From positions 1-59,746 of the forward strand of contig JBDNCV010000001.1 of NCBI GenBank assembly GCA_046719465.1: a stretch of DNA of 59,746 bases, in the 5' to 3' direction. Position numbers and translations under genes: made by a program. The stretch's first letter is position 1; each line of letters opens with the position of its first letter. Shown in pieces: positions 10,893 to 22,450 of the stretch. The notes beneath the pieces were generated by a model. The model was given only the letters and a program-made list of their open reading frames with translations, was not told where the DNA came from and made no database searches. Source of the stretch: Anaerolinea sp. GTDB taxonomy: Bacteria; Chloroflexota; Anaerolineae; Aggregatilineales; Phototrophicaceae.

Positions 10893-12536
10893 ATGAACTG
10901 GTTGATTTTCGTCGTTGTCGGCTATGTGATGTACCGCCTGCTCATCGCGCGAGTGCGCTGGCGCGCGGTGCGTTTCTTGCTGTACGTGCCGATTCTGGTG
11001 CTGGTCGCGCTTGGGGTTCGCGTCGGCGAGGTGGTGAGTGATACCCCTCAACGGCGCAGCGCAGAGCGTTTGGAAGCGCTGATTGTTGACCAAACGACGG
11101 TGCGCGTGGGCGACCTGACCGTGACGGTCACGGGGGCGGGCGCAATTCAGCCGGTGCGCCAAGTGCCGCTGACGTTCGGCAGCTTCGGCCCAGTGGCGGA
11201 GGTATATGTCACGGTGGGGCAGCGGGTGCGAGCAGGTGACCTCATCGCGCGGCTTGACACCAGCGACTTCCAGCAGATCATCGACAACGCCGAGATTGCG
11301 CTGCAAGTGCAGCAGTCAGCCTACGAGGCGCTGCTGACCCCGGCGCGTGATGTGGACATCGCTGCAGCAGAGGCCGCGCTGGCGGCGGCGCGCGCCCAGT
11401 ATTTCGCCGCAGTGTCCACCGCGCCCACTGCTCAGCAGCGCGAGATCGCGCGGATGCAGTCCGAGCTGGCGCGCAACCAGTTCTATCAGCTTCAGCTTCA
11501 GCGTGACGCGCTTACTCCGCCAGATTTGAGCGATTTCGTCCTCAATCTGAACATCATCCCCAACATCGACCCGTCGGCCCTGCCCGAAGAGCTGCGCGAT
11601 GCGGCAGGCGACATCAATCAGGGCATTGACCAGTTTAATGCCCAGCTGAGCAGCAGTATCTCGCAGGTTACTTTGCAGCAGGCGCAGGCCTCCATTGCGC
11701 AGATTGAAGCGCAGCGGCAGGCCATCGAGGGCCGCCTAGAATCGGCTGAGACAAACGCTGAAATTGCCGAGCTGCGCTTTCAAGCGACGGTCAACCGCGG
11801 GCCGGACAGCGGCGCAATTGCAGCGGCCAACGCCGCCATTGTGCAAGCGCAGGTGGCGCTGGATCGCCTGTTGAACGGCGCATCGGAGATGGACATCGCC
11901 CAAGCTGAGCTGAGCGTGCGACTGGCCGAGAACGCGCTGAAGCAGGCGCGTCAATCGCTGACGAACGCTGAGCTGCGCGCGCCGTTCGATGGGGTTATCG
12001 CGCAGAACAACCTGCGCGTGGGCGATCTGCCGCCGCAAGGCGTGGCGGTGCTGCTGGTGGATAACGACCAGTTCGTGATTGACCTGCCGCTGGACGAGAC
12101 CGACGTGGTGAATGTGGCGGCGGGACAGCCGGTTGAGATCCTCGTGGACGCGCTGCCGGACGCAACCGTGACGGGCGTCGTCGAGCGGGTGGCGTTTACG
12201 CCGGTGCGGATCGGCCAACTGGTGACGTACACCGTGCGCATCCGCCTTGAGCCGACCACTGCGCCGATCCGCGCTGGGATGAGCGTCACGGCGAACATCA
12301 TCATCGACCAGCGGCAGGATGTCTTGCTCGTCCCCAACCGTTTCATCCGCATTGACCCGCTGACGCAAAACGCCTTTGTAGTGCTGCGCCAGCCCGATGG
12401 CCGACTGGTGGAGACAAGGGTGATGTTGGGGCGGCGCAACGACGTTGAATCCGAGATCGTCAGTGGGCTGACCCCGGGCGACACCATCGTGCTGCTGCCG
12501 CGCGGCACGCAAGGGGTGGAAGGGTTCTTCAACTGA
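10893..12536 (+). CDS. Second membrane-fusion/adaptor protein (HlyD/MacA family) with an extended helical hairpin
   Basis: Two N-terminal hydrophobic segments, GPVAEVYV..G..V..GD.IARLD, LRAPFDGVI, DETDV and GMS.TA. Confidence 0.9.
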   Translation: MNWLIFVVVGYVMYRLLIARVRWRAVRFLLYVPILVLVALGVRVGEVVSDTPQRRSAERLEALIVDQTTVRVGDLTVTVTGAGAIQPVRQVPLTFGSFGPVAEVYVTVGQRVRAGDLIARLDTSDFQQIIDNAEIALQVQQSAYEALLTPARDVDIAAAEAALAAARAQYFAAVSTAPTAQQREIARMQSELARNQFYQLQLQRDALTPPDLSDFVLNLNIIPNIDPSALPEELRDAAGDINQGIDQFNAQLSSSISQVTLQQAQASIAQIEAQRQAIEGRLESAETNAEIAELRFQATVNRGPDSGAIAAANAAIVQAQVALDRLLNGASEMDIAQAELSVRLAENALKQARQSLTNAELRAPFDGVIAQNNLRVGDLPPQGVAVLLVDNDQFVIDLPLDETDVVNVAAGQPVEILVDALPDATVTGVVERVAFTPVRIGQLVTYTVRIRLEPTTAPIRAGMSVTANIIIDQRQDVLLVPNRFIRIDPLTQNAFVVLRQPDGRLVETRVMLGRRNDVESEIVSGLTPGDTIVLLPRGTQGVEGFFN

Positions 12537-13339
12537 TGTCAGAGAAAAAGCCTGCTAAGTGGGTGATCGATGTTCGCCAGATCACCAAGACGTATCAGAT
12601 GGGCGATGTCAAGCTGCAAGTGCTGCGCGGGATCGACCTGCGCGTGGCCAAGGGCGAGTTCATCTCGATCATGGGGCCTTCTGGCAGCGGCAAGAGCACC
12701 TTGATGAACATCCTCGGCGCGCTTGACCAGCCGACCAGCGGCCAGTACTTCCTCGATGGCGTGGACGTGAGCAAGATGAGCGAGGCAGAGCTGGCGCGCG
12801 TTCGCAACCGCAAGATCGGCTTTGTGTTTCAGAGCTTTAACTTGCTCAAGCGCACCGAGGCCATCCGCCAAGTGGAGCTGCCGCTGATGTATGCAGGGGT
12901 GCCCAACCGCACCAAACGAGCGAAGGCAGCGCTGGAGGCAGTGGGCTTGGGCGCGCGGCTTGACCACCTGCCGAGCGAGCTTTCTGGCGGGCAGCAGCAG
13001 CGCGTCGCTATTGCCCGCGCGATTGTCACCGAACCGTCGGTGATCCTTGCTGATGAGCCAACCGGCAACCTCGACTCGCGCAGCGGCACAGAGGTCATGC
13101 AGATTTTTCAGCGGCTGAACCGCGAACAGAAGATTACCACTATCTTTGTGACACATGACCCGTGGATCGCGCGCCACACCGACCGCGTGGTGATGCTGCG
13201 CGATGGGCGCGTGGTGGCGGATCAGAAGGTGAAAGCGCCGCTGAAGGCAGGCGAAGCCGAGCGCCCGACGGAGGCCGAGGAGCTGCAAGGCGTCTTCGAA
13301 GAAGCCTACTATGGCGGCAAGCGCGAGGAATATAACTAG
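12536..13339 (+). CDS. ABC transporter ATP-binding protein (MacB/LolD family)
   Basis: [40 protein letters not shown] and VTHD. Confidence 0.95.
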   Translation: MSEKKPAKWVIDVRQITKTYQMGDVKLQVLRGIDLRVAKGEFISIMGPSGSGKSTLMNILGALDQPTSGQYFLDGVDVSKMSEAELARVRNRKIGFVFQSFNLLKRTEAIRQVELPLMYAGVPNRTKRAKAALEAVGLGARLDHLPSELSGGQQQRVAIARAIVTEPSVILADEPTGNLDSRSGTEVMQIFQRLNREQKITTIFVTHDPWIARHTDRVVMLRDGRVVADQKVKAPLKAGEAERPTEAEELQGVFEEAYYGGKREEYN

Positions 13340-14571
13340 TGGACTTGGCGCAAACCTTCCGTGTGGCGGTTGAGAGCCTGCTGATTAATCGGCTGCGCTC
13401 GGTGCTAACCACGCTCGGGATCATCATTGGCGTGGGCGCGGTGATCGGCCTCGTGAGTCTGGGGCGCGCGGTCGAGGATTTCATCGCCAGCGAGTTCAAC
13501 GCGCTGGGGTCGAACATCCTGCAAATCACCTCTGCCGCGCCCCGCAGCCCCACCCGTGACCGCATCGCGCCGCTGACGAGCCGTGAGGCGCAGGTGCTGC
13601 TGCGCCCGGGCGTTGCCCCCAGCGTGGTGGCGGTGGCGACCGAATACCAGTTGTTTGGGCAGGTGGTGGCGCGCACCAACAACACGACGACGACGATCCG
13701 CGGGGTGAGCGACAACTATGGCACAGTGCGCAATTGGGCGGTCATCGAAGGCGAGTTCATCTCGCCAGAGCACGTGGCGGACGCGGCGCGCGTGGCGCTG
13801 CTAGGCCTCGATGTGGTGGAGCGCCTCTATGGGAGCCGCGACTTCAACCCCGTGGGTGAGACGATCCGGCTCAACCAGCGCAGCTTCACCGTGATCGGCG
13901 TGCTGGCCGAGCGCGGCGGCACATTCATCAGCGAGGACAATGTGGTAATCGTGCCGATCACGACGGCGCAAAGCCGCCTCGACAACGCGCGCACGCCCGA
14001 CGGCAGCTACCGCGTGACGACGATCTACGCGCAGGCGCGCAGCGAGGCCGAGCTGCCCAGCGCGGTTGAGGAAATCACCCAGTTCTTGAGCGAGGCGCAC
14101 GGCGTCGTGTTCGCCGATGAACAAGACTTTCGCATCACGACCCCCAGCGACATCTTAGGGATCGTCAACCAAGTGAGCGGCGTGCTGACGTTGTTCCTCG
14201 CCATGATCGCGGGGATTTCGCTGCTGGTGGGCGGGATCGGCATTATGAACATCATGCTGGTGAGCGTGACCGAGCGCACCCGCGAGATCGGCCTGCGGAA
14301 AGCGTTGGGCGCGCGCGCTGGCGACATCCTCAACCAGTTCTTGATCGAGAGCGTGCTGCTCTCGCTGGTGGGGGGCTTCTTCGGGATCGTGCTAGGCGGG
14401 ATCGCCGCGGCCATCGGCACGGCGCTCATCCCGCAGTTGACGATCACGCTGTCGGTGGATGCGGTGGCGCTGGCCACAGTCGTAAGCACGGCTGTCGGCG
14501 TGTTTTTCGGCTACTATCCGGCACGGCGGGCGGCCAACATGCGCCCGATTGACGCGCTGCGCTTTGAATAG
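13339..14571 (+). CDS. ABC transporter permease (MacB-like/FtsX domain)
   Basis: RS.LT.LGIIIGV, GGIGIMNIMLVSVTERTREIGLRKALGA, PA.RAA...PIDALR. GTG start overlaps the ATPase stop. Confidence 0.95.
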   Translation: MDLAQTFRVAVESLLINRLRSVLTTLGIIIGVGAVIGLVSLGRAVEDFIASEFNALGSNILQITSAAPRSPTRDRIAPLTSREAQVLLRPGVAPSVVAVATEYQLFGQVVARTNNTTTTIRGVSDNYGTVRNWAVIEGEFISPEHVADAARVALLGLDVVERLYGSRDFNPVGETIRLNQRSFTVIGVLAERGGTFISEDNVVIVPITTAQSRLDNARTPDGSYRVTTIYAQARSEAELPSAVEEITQFLSEAHGVVFADEQDFRITTPSDILGIVNQVSGVLTLFLAMIAGISLLVGGIGIMNIMLVSVTERTREIGLRKALGARAGDILNQFLIESVLLSLVGGFFGIVLGGIAAAIGTALIPQLTITLSVDAVALATVVSTAVGVFFGYYPARRAANMRPIDALRFE

Positions 14572-14579
14572 GTGAAGCG

Positions 14580-15794
14580 ATGATCGACAACCTGCGCGTG
14601 GCCTTCATCAACCTAGCGAGCAACAAGCTCCGCAGCGGCCTCACCATGCTAGGCGTCACGATTGGCGTGGCGGCGGTCATCATCTTGGTGAGCGTGGGGC
14701 AGGCGTTTGAAGCATTCGTCAAGGCGCAGTTCTCGAGCGTGGGGGTCAACCTCGTGTTCGTGATCGGCGGGACGGACGCGCGCGGGACGTTTCGCCCGCT
14801 TACGCTGGCAGATGTGCGCACCTTGAGCGATCCGTTCCGCGTGCCGGATGCGCTCATCGTCATGCCGCAGCGCAACCTCACCAACCGCACGGTCAAAGCG
14901 GGCAACCGCGAGATCAGCGCGACGATTCAAGGGGTGACGCCCGTTTACCTTGAGCTGTTCAACCGTGAGGTGGTGGTTGGGCGCTTCCTCGACCAGCGCG
15001 ATGTGGACTCGCAGGCGCGGGTGGCGGTGGTGGAACAGGGGTTGGTGGATACGCTGTTCCCAGATACGTTCCCCATTGGCCAGACGATCCGCATCGCCGA
15101 TGTGCGCTTTACGATCATCGGCGTGTTGGGGACGAGCGGCGCGGGCACGTTCGGCAGCGATGACGGGGTGATTGTCCCCATTACCACCGCGCAGACGCGC
15201 CTCACAGGGGAGCGCATCTTGAGCGGGGATCGCCCTGTGAGCTTCATCACGCTGCAGGCGCGCGACGCGGAGTCTGTCGAGGAAGTTGTGGCGCAAATTC
15301 GTCAGGCGCTGCGGCAAACGCGCGAGGTGGGCTTCCGCGATGAGGACAACTTCATCGTGTTCACCCAGTCAGAAATTCTTGACACGCTTGGCAACATCAC
15401 CAGCCTGCTGACGGTGTTCTTGGCGCTGCTGGCCAGCATCTCACTGGTGGTGGGCGGGATCGGCATCATGAACATTATGCTGGTGACAGTGACGGAACGC
15501 ACCCGCGAGATCGGCCTGCGCAAGGCGGTTGGGGCGCAGCGCTCGACGATCCTCTTGCAGTTCCTGACGGAGGCCGTGGTGCTCTCGGTCGTGGGCGGCG
15601 GGATCGGCGTGTCGATTGCGGTGGTGCTGGCGAGTTTTGTGAGCGTGCTTGTGCCCGATTTGCAGGTCAGCGTGCAGGTGACGAGCGTGGCGCTGGCGGT
15701 GGCGATCTCGGTGGCGGTGGGCATATTGAGCGGGATCTACCCCGCAAATCGGGCGGCCAGCCTCAACCCGATTGATGCGTTGCGTTATGAGTAA
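14580..15794 (+). CDS. Second ABC transporter permease (MacB-like/FtsX domain)
   Basis: Same motifs as the upstream paralogue (GGIGIMNIMLVTVTERTREIGLRKAVGA). Confidence 0.95.
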   Translation: MIDNLRVAFINLASNKLRSGLTMLGVTIGVAAVIILVSVGQAFEAFVKAQFSSVGVNLVFVIGGTDARGTFRPLTLADVRTLSDPFRVPDALIVMPQRNLTNRTVKAGNREISATIQGVTPVYLELFNREVVVGRFLDQRDVDSQARVAVVEQGLVDTLFPDTFPIGQTIRIADVRFTIIGVLGTSGAGTFGSDDGVIVPITTAQTRLTGERILSGDRPVSFITLQARDAESVEEVVAQIRQALRQTREVGFRDEDNFIVFTQSEILDTLGNITSLLTVFLALLASISLVVGGIGIMNIMLVTVTERTREIGLRKAVGAQRSTILLQFLTEAVVLSVVGGGIGVSIAVVLASFVSVLVPDLQVSVQVTSVALAVAISVAVGILSGIYPANRAASLNPIDALRYE

Positions 15795-15836
15795 GTTAAG
15801 GCTACACTGACGAGCAGAGTGCCGCGTGGTAATGGG

Positions 15837-16382
15837 ATGGCAGATAGTCTCTTTATGGTAGTGGAAGACATCAACGGCGCAGTGGTGGTGCCTCGTTCGC
15901 GCGTGTTTGTGACCGTGGACGGCATGTTTGTCGTCCATTGGGAAGAAAACCGCGTCCAAGATTTGCTCTCTGGGCGCTATCTCACGTTCAACGAGCAACA
16001 ATTCGACGCCCCCGTGACCGATTGGGAGCTGCATCAACTGCGCAATCGGGGCGTGGTCGAATCGTTTGATGAGTCGTTCGTGCGCTTGCAGCGCGTGCCA
16101 GAGTGGCAGCAGACCAGAGCGCAGCGGTCGTATTATTTGTATACGCGGCTGGCCAAGCAGCGCGTCCGTGAGGTGGAGGGCCGGTTGGCAGAGGCAAGCT
16201 TGGATCAGCAGTTCGCCGTGCGCGTTCGCGATCAGTTCTTGGTGATCCGCGCGGAGAAGGGCGCTGCCTTTGCCGATGAAGAGGCTGCCGAGAGCGCCCA
16301 ACGCGCGCTGAGCGAGGCGCTCCCTGACTTATTCAGTGAGTGTGTCGTTGCTTTCGTAGATGTGATTGAGTCGGAAACGTAA
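15837..16382 (+). CDS. Hypothetical protein
   Basis: Fills the gap between the permease and the regulator, with normal codon and amino-acid usage. No family recognised. Confidence 0.7.
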   Translation: MADSLFMVVEDINGAVVVPRSRVFVTVDGMFVVHWEENRVQDLLSGRYLTFNEQQFDAPVTDWELHQLRNRGVVESFDESFVRLQRVPEWQQTRAQRSYYLYTRLAKQRVREVEGRLAEASLDQQFAVRVRDQFLVIRAEKGAAFADEEAAESAQRALSEALPDLFSECVVAFVDVIESET

Positions 16383-16400
16383 GTGAAACTAGGTTATGCC

Positions 16401-17000
16401 ATGGACACACACGACAGCATAGACCCCGCAGACCACGGCAGCATCCCGCAGCAGGAAGACCTGCGCGCTGTGCATGATTCGATGTTGGATGGGCTGGGGC
16501 AGTTGGCGGATTATTTTGGCTTTAGCAAAGTTATGGGGCAGCTTTACGGGACGCTGCTGCTCAACAACGGCCCGCTCTCGTTGGATGAGATTATGCAGCG
16601 GCTGAACATCTCCAAAGCCAACGTGAGCATGAATATCCGCTCGTTGGAGCTGCTTGGGTTCGTGCGCCAAGTGTGGGTGCGCGGCGGCAATGGGCGGCGC
16701 AAATACTACGAAGCGGAGACCGACTTCTGGAAGATCCTCACCAACGTGATCAGCGGGCGCGAGATGCGCGACATCGCGCGCACCATCGAAGTGTTGGACG
16801 ACAACAGCCAGCGCCTAATGAGCGCCATGAACGAGATGACGCCGCAAGACCAAGAGACGGCGCGGCTCTATGTGCAGCGTATGGCGCAGCTGCAGGTCAT
16901 GTTTCGTTTTGCCCAAGTGTTGATCTCCAACATCCTCGCGCAGTCCGGCCAGAACCTCGAAGAATGGCTCAACGCGCTGCATACGCAGGAAAAATCATAA
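16401..17000 (+). CDS. GbsR/MarR-family transcriptional regulator
   Basis: GFSKVMGQLYG.L....PLSLDEI...LNISKANVS..IR.L...G.V...GRRKYYEAE.DFW is the GbsR-type winged helix pattern. Confidence 0.85.
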   Translation: MDTHDSIDPADHGSIPQQEDLRAVHDSMLDGLGQLADYFGFSKVMGQLYGTLLLNNGPLSLDEIMQRLNISKANVSMNIRSLELLGFVRQVWVRGGNGRRKYYEAETDFWKILTNVISGREMRDIARTIEVLDDNSQRLMSAMNEMTPQDQETARLYVQRMAQLQVMFRFAQVLISNILAQSGQNLEEWLNALHTQEKS

Positions 17001-17051
17001 CATTCGCCCTGTATCAAGCTGTTTGGGCTGGCTATAATGGAATAACAGCAC

Positions 17052-17133
17052 GGGGGAGTGGCGAAATTGGCAGACGCGCATGACTTAGGATCATGTCTCT
17101 TACGAGGTGTGGGTTCAAGTCCCACCTCTCCCA
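17052..17133 (+). tRNA. tRNA-Leu (anticodon TAG)
   Basis: Acceptor stem GGGGGAG/CTCTCCC, D-loop with TGG, anticodon arm CATGA-CTTAGGA-TCATG, long variable arm, T-arm GTGGG-TTCAAGT-CCCAC, discriminator A. CCA is not encoded. Sits before tig. Confidence 0.96.
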
Positions 17134-17265
17134 CAGCAGAACACCCTGAGAGGCGCGCCACGAAGCGCTTCTTTGCGTTTCCCGCGTTCATTCTAACGAA
17201 CATCTGACGTGCAACGCAGTTTTGCTTCTGTATAATGTCGAATGATGTCATGAAGTGAGGTCACG

Positions 17266-18660
17266 TTGAACATTCAAGTTGAACGCCTTGACAATCAAGA
17301 GGCTCTCATCACAGTGGAGTTGGATGAGAAGTACCTTGATCAGGCGAAGCGCAAGGCGGCCACTGCCCTTTCCAGCCGATATCGCATCCCGGGGTTCCGC
17401 AAGGGCAAGGCGCCTTACAACGTGGTGCAGACCATGTTGGGCGAAGAGGCGATCATGGAATTGGCCGTCGATCAAATCGCGGATGATATCTACCCCAAAG
17501 CGCTGCGGCAGAGCGGCTTGCAGCCCTATGCAAGCGGCGTGTTGGAAGATGTCAAGCTCGAGCCGACGCCGGTTTATCGCTTCCGCGTGGTGCTGCAACC
17601 TGAAGTTGAACTAGGTGATTATCACGCGGTGCGCGTGCCTTATGCCGAGCCGACGGTGACCGATGAGGATGTTGACGCGGCCATTCGCAGCGCGCGCAAA
17701 CCGACCCGCGTCCCGTTTGAGGGCGAGACGCTCGAGGCGGATGTGTTCGTCACGGTGGACATTCACTCCAAGTTGGCCGATGGTGAGGAGCGCCCTGCTG
17801 ATGCGCCGGAACAACCGGTGGATGAGAACGGCAATCCTATTCTCTATCTCGGCGATGAATGGCTCCACGCCCACGATCAGACCGTCAAGCTCGACCGCGA
17901 CGATGAGCCGTTCATGAATGGCTTCGTCGACCAGATGATCGGTCAGAAGGTCGGTGACACAGTCGAGTTTGAGCTGACGGCAGACGAGGATGATGAGCTG
18001 ATCGCCGGGCGCAAGGTGCACTTCGAAGTGACGATCAAGCGGGCTGAGCTAGAGCTTCCGGTGGAGCTGAACGACGAATTGGCCGCTGAACTGACGAAGA
18101 ACGAAAACCCGCCGCTCACCCTTGAACAGCTTCGTGAGCGTGTCCGTGCCAACTTGCTCGCGCGCCGCCGCGCCGACTACCAGCAGAGCTACTCGACCCA
18201 AGTGATTGATGCCGTGGTGGCGCAGTCGACGCTTCGATATCCGAGCAAGATGGTCGATAAGCGCGTCGATGAGATGGTCAACGATCTCAAGACGAACATG
18301 GCCCAACAAGGCATCAGCTACGACTTCTACAAGCAGGTGCTCAACCTGACAGACGAGCAAATCCGCGAGAACTACCGGGCCGAGGCCGAGCAGTTTGTGC
18401 GTCGGTCGATTGTTGTGGGCGAAGTAGTCAACCGCGAGAACCTGCGGGCTTCCAACGCGGAAATCGACAATGAGATCAACGCGATGTTGGCCAACCAAGC
18501 GCCGAAGGATGCCGCGCGCCTGCGCAGCCACTTCAACCGGCGCGAGCAGCGTGAGGAGATTGCGCGCAGCTTGGTCACACAGAAGATGTTTGAGTTCTTT
18601 GTCGCCTTAGGCAAGGGCGAGCACGAAGCGGCCGCCAGCCCCGTCGTGGGGGACGCCTAG
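17266..18660 (+). CDS. tig: Trigger factor
   Basis: IPGFRKGKAP ribosome-binding signature, FKBP-like middle domain, and position before clpP-clpX. TTG start with a GAGG RBS. Confidence 0.93.
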   Translation: MNIQVERLDNQEALITVELDEKYLDQAKRKAATALSSRYRIPGFRKGKAPYNVVQTMLGEEAIMELAVDQIADDIYPKALRQSGLQPYASGVLEDVKLEPTPVYRFRVVLQPEVELGDYHAVRVPYAEPTVTDEDVDAAIRSARKPTRVPFEGETLEADVFVTVDIHSKLADGEERPADAPEQPVDENGNPILYLGDEWLHAHDQTVKLDRDDEPFMNGFVDQMIGQKVGDTVEFELTADEDDELIAGRKVHFEVTIKRAELELPVELNDELAAELTKNENPPLTLEQLRERVRANLLARRRADYQQSYSTQVIDAVVAQSTLRYPSKMVDKRVDEMVNDLKTNMAQQGISYDFYKQVLNLTDEQIRENYRAEAEQFVRRSIVVGEVVNRENLRASNAEIDNEINAMLANQAPKDAARLRSHFNRREQREEIARSLVTQKMFEFFVALGKGEHEAAASPVVGDA

Positions 18661-18791
18661 ACGATTGAGAGGGTGGCCGGCAGCGTTAGGGGTGCTGGCC
18701 ACATCGCGCGCAGGGCGCCCTGCACTAGATGTCACCATTCAACCACACATGCTCTGAAAGGAGAGAAGCGCGACTCTCGCGCTAACAACCG

Positions 18792-19396
18792 ATGGGACCT
18801 TCTAACGTCATTCCAATGGTCATTGAACAGGGCAGCCGTGGCGAACGTGCCTACGATATTTACTCACTGCTGCTGAAGGAACGGATCGTGTTCGTTGGGA
18901 CAGGCATCAACGATCAAGTGGCCAACTTGGTCGTGGCGCAGCTGTTGTTCCTCGACCGCGAGGATCCTGATCGTCGTGTTCAGATGTACATCAACTCGCC
19001 GGGCGGGCAGGTCTACAGCGGCCTTGCGATATACGACGCGATGCAGCAGATCAACGCGCCGGTGAGCACGGTGGCAGTGGGCTTGGCGGCCAGCTTCGGC
19101 ACGGTGCTGCTGACGGGCGGGCGTAAAGGGATGCGCTATGCGCTGCCGCACTCCACCATTCACATGCACCAGCCGTTGAGCGGCGCGCAAGGCCAGATCA
19201 CGGAGATGTTGATTGCGGTGAACGAAGGCCTCCGCCTTAAGACGCTGCTGAACAACATCTTCGTGCGCCACACTGGCCAAGACTTGGCAACGATTGAGCG
19301 CGACCTCGAACGGGACGTCTACAAGAGCGCCCAAGAGGCGGTGGAATACGGCCTCGTGGACGCCATCATGCAGCCAAGAGAAGAAAGCAAACCCGC

Positions 19397-19400
<4 letters not shown>
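18792..19400 (+). CDS. clpP: ATP-dependent Clp protease proteolytic subunit
   Basis: [14 protein letters not shown] and YINSPGG; catalytic Ser (AAS), His (HQP) and Asp (ERD) are present. Confidence 0.97.
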
Positions 19401-20695
<1,295 letters not shown>

Positions 20696-20709
20696 ACGAT
20701 CTAACAACG

Positions 20710-20742
20710 AACGCCTCTCAACACACCGAGAGGCGTTTTTTT
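20710..20742 (+). terminator. Rho-independent terminator after clpX
   Basis: AACGCCTCTC/GAGAGGCGTT stem followed by a T-tract. Confidence 0.85.
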
Positions 20743-20819
20743 ATTGCCTCATGATTATCACTAAGACGGCTCATCTAACCTTGTCATTGTTGCATCTGCG
20801 GGCGATGAGGAAGCTGAAC

Positions 20820-21716
20820 ATGAGACTAGGACGATGGGTGGTGTTAGGCGTCATGGCGGCGTTAAGCGGGCTGCCGCTGCAAGCGGACGAGCCGCGACTG
20901 GGCGACATCTTGACGACGATGTGGTGGGATGGGCAGTTTGACATTGTGGTCATGCGCGCAGATGGGAGCAACCCGCGCGTGCTGACGTGGGGCGCGACCA
21001 ACGACACCCATCCTGTCTGGTCGCGGGGTGGAACGTGGATCGCCTATGAGAGCAACGCCAACGGCAACAGCGACATCTTCGTGATGGCCCCAGACGGCAC
21101 ACAGTGGCGCAACGTGACGAACAGCCCGCAGGATGAGTTTGATCCGTCGTGGTCGCCAGATGGCGCGCGCATCGTGTACGCCTCTGGGACGGCAATTTTG
21201 ATCGACGATGGGATGGCTACAACCATCCGGTCAACTGCGGTGGACGGCAGCGATGAGCGCGTATTGGTGGACAACGGCGCGTTCAACCACAGCCCCACGT
21301 GGTCGCCAGATGGAGAGCGTATTCTGTTTGTGTCGAACCTTGCGGGCAATGATCAGCTCTTCATCATGAACGCGGATGGGACGGGCGTGCGCCGCTTGAC
21401 CACAAACAACCGCTTCACGTATGCTAGCCCTGCATGGTCACCAGACGGCGCACAGATCGCTTTTAGTGCGTTCCACGAGGGCAATGTGGACATCTACATC
21501 ATGAACGCGAACGGCAGCGATGTAAGGCGTGTGACCAACGACCCCGCGCGCGATCTTCAGCCGTTTTGGACGTTCGATGGAGAGCGCATCTTGTTCGCCT
21601 CGAATCGAAATGAGGTCTTCGAGATTTTCTCGGTGCGGCCAGATGGCACAGGCCTCATGCAGATCACGTCAAACGTCGGCCCGGAGTTTCAACCGAATTG
21701 TTTGTGGCGGCCGTAG
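20820..21716 (+). CDS. Secreted TolB-like PD40 beta-propeller protein
   Basis: Signal peptide ending in LQA, and repeated P.WSPDG..I.F.S and M.ADG units. Start at 20820 (GAGGA RBS); 20805 is an alternative. Confidence 0.85.
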   Translation: MRLGRWVVLGVMAALSGLPLQADEPRLGDILTTMWWDGQFDIVVMRADGSNPRVLTWGATNDTHPVWSRGGTWIAYESNANGNSDIFVMAPDGTQWRNVTNSPQDEFDPSWSPDGARIVYASGTAILIDDGMATTIRSTAVDGSDERVLVDNGAFNHSPTWSPDGERILFVSNLAGNDQLFIMNADGTGVRRLTTNNRFTYASPAWSPDGAQIAFSAFHEGNVDIYIMNANGSDVRRVTNDPARDLQPFWTFDGERILFASNRNEVFEIFSVRPDGTGLMQITSNVGPEFQPNCLWRP

Positions 21717-21719
21717 AAC

Positions 21720-22328
21720 TTACTTGAGGACAACCTCGGCGAGGCTGCCGACCATGCGGCGGAACGCTTCGGCCTCGCGGAGGGTCGTCCCACGGTCAGC
21801 AAAGCCCCAGTTGATGGGGATGACGTAGCGCGGCTGCATCAGCGCGATGGCTTGAATGGCTTCTTCTGCGTCCATTGTGCCTTCGCCGTCAATCGGCAGG
21901 ATGAGGATATCGGGGCGCAGCAGCTCCATCTCAGGGATGAGGTGCGTATCGCCGGTGTAGTAGATGTCGTAGAGGTTGGTGGAGATGTAGAAGCCCAGCC
22001 CGCCGTTCTCGCGCGGGTGGATGTGATCGCGGGAATAGGCGGGGATGGCGCGCACGGTGGTACGCTCGATGCCGACCGACTGCCACGCGCGCAGCACCTC
22101 CACGCCTTCAAGCTGAGCTGCGACGTGTTCATTGCTGAAGATGCGCGTCTGCGGCCCCGTGACGCGCTCAATGTCGGCAGGCGAGAAGTGGTCGTAGTGA
22201 TCGTGGCTGATGAGCAGGATATCCGCCAAGAACGAGATTTTAGGCACACGCCACGGGTCGATCAAGATGATCTGCGGGCCGGCGATGAGGATGCCGCCGT
22301 GCCCTAAGTGGCGGATGTTGTCAATCAT
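21720..22328 (-). CDS. MBL-fold metallo-hydrolase
   Basis: HLGHG, IDP, HDHYDH, YTGDT and VIP.NWG. Start at ATG 22328. Confidence 0.88.
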   Translation of the reverse strand: MIDNIRHLGHGGILIAGPQIILIDPWRVPKISFLADILLISHDHYDHFSPADIERVTGPQTRIFSNEHVAAQLEGVEVLRAWQSVGIERTTVRAIPAYSRDHIHPRENGGLGFYISTNLYDIYYTGDTHLIPEMELLRPDILILPIDGEGTMDAEEAIQAIALMQPRYVIPINWGFADRGTTLREAEAFRRMVGSLAEVVLK

Positions 22329-22450
22329 CAGGCTGGCCTTACAGTGGTTGAATAATTGTTTCGCGCGAAGCGGTTGAGTTATGTTATTATCAGCTATTAT
22401 GAGTGACATCCGCAGTGAAAGCAACTGATATCTCCAGAGGAGCGCCAAGT

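Noticed and set aside
17052-17265. tRNA-Leu as an integration site for an island
   Set aside because: No integrase and no duplicated tRNA 3' end. tRNA-Leu-tig-clpP-clpX is ordinary conserved synteny.
20820-21716. Repeated TGGTCGCCNGATGG-like DNA motifs as a CRISPR or repeat array
   Set aside because: They are the coding WSPDG repeats of PD40 propellers (also at 35.7-36.3 kb), in frame and degenerate.
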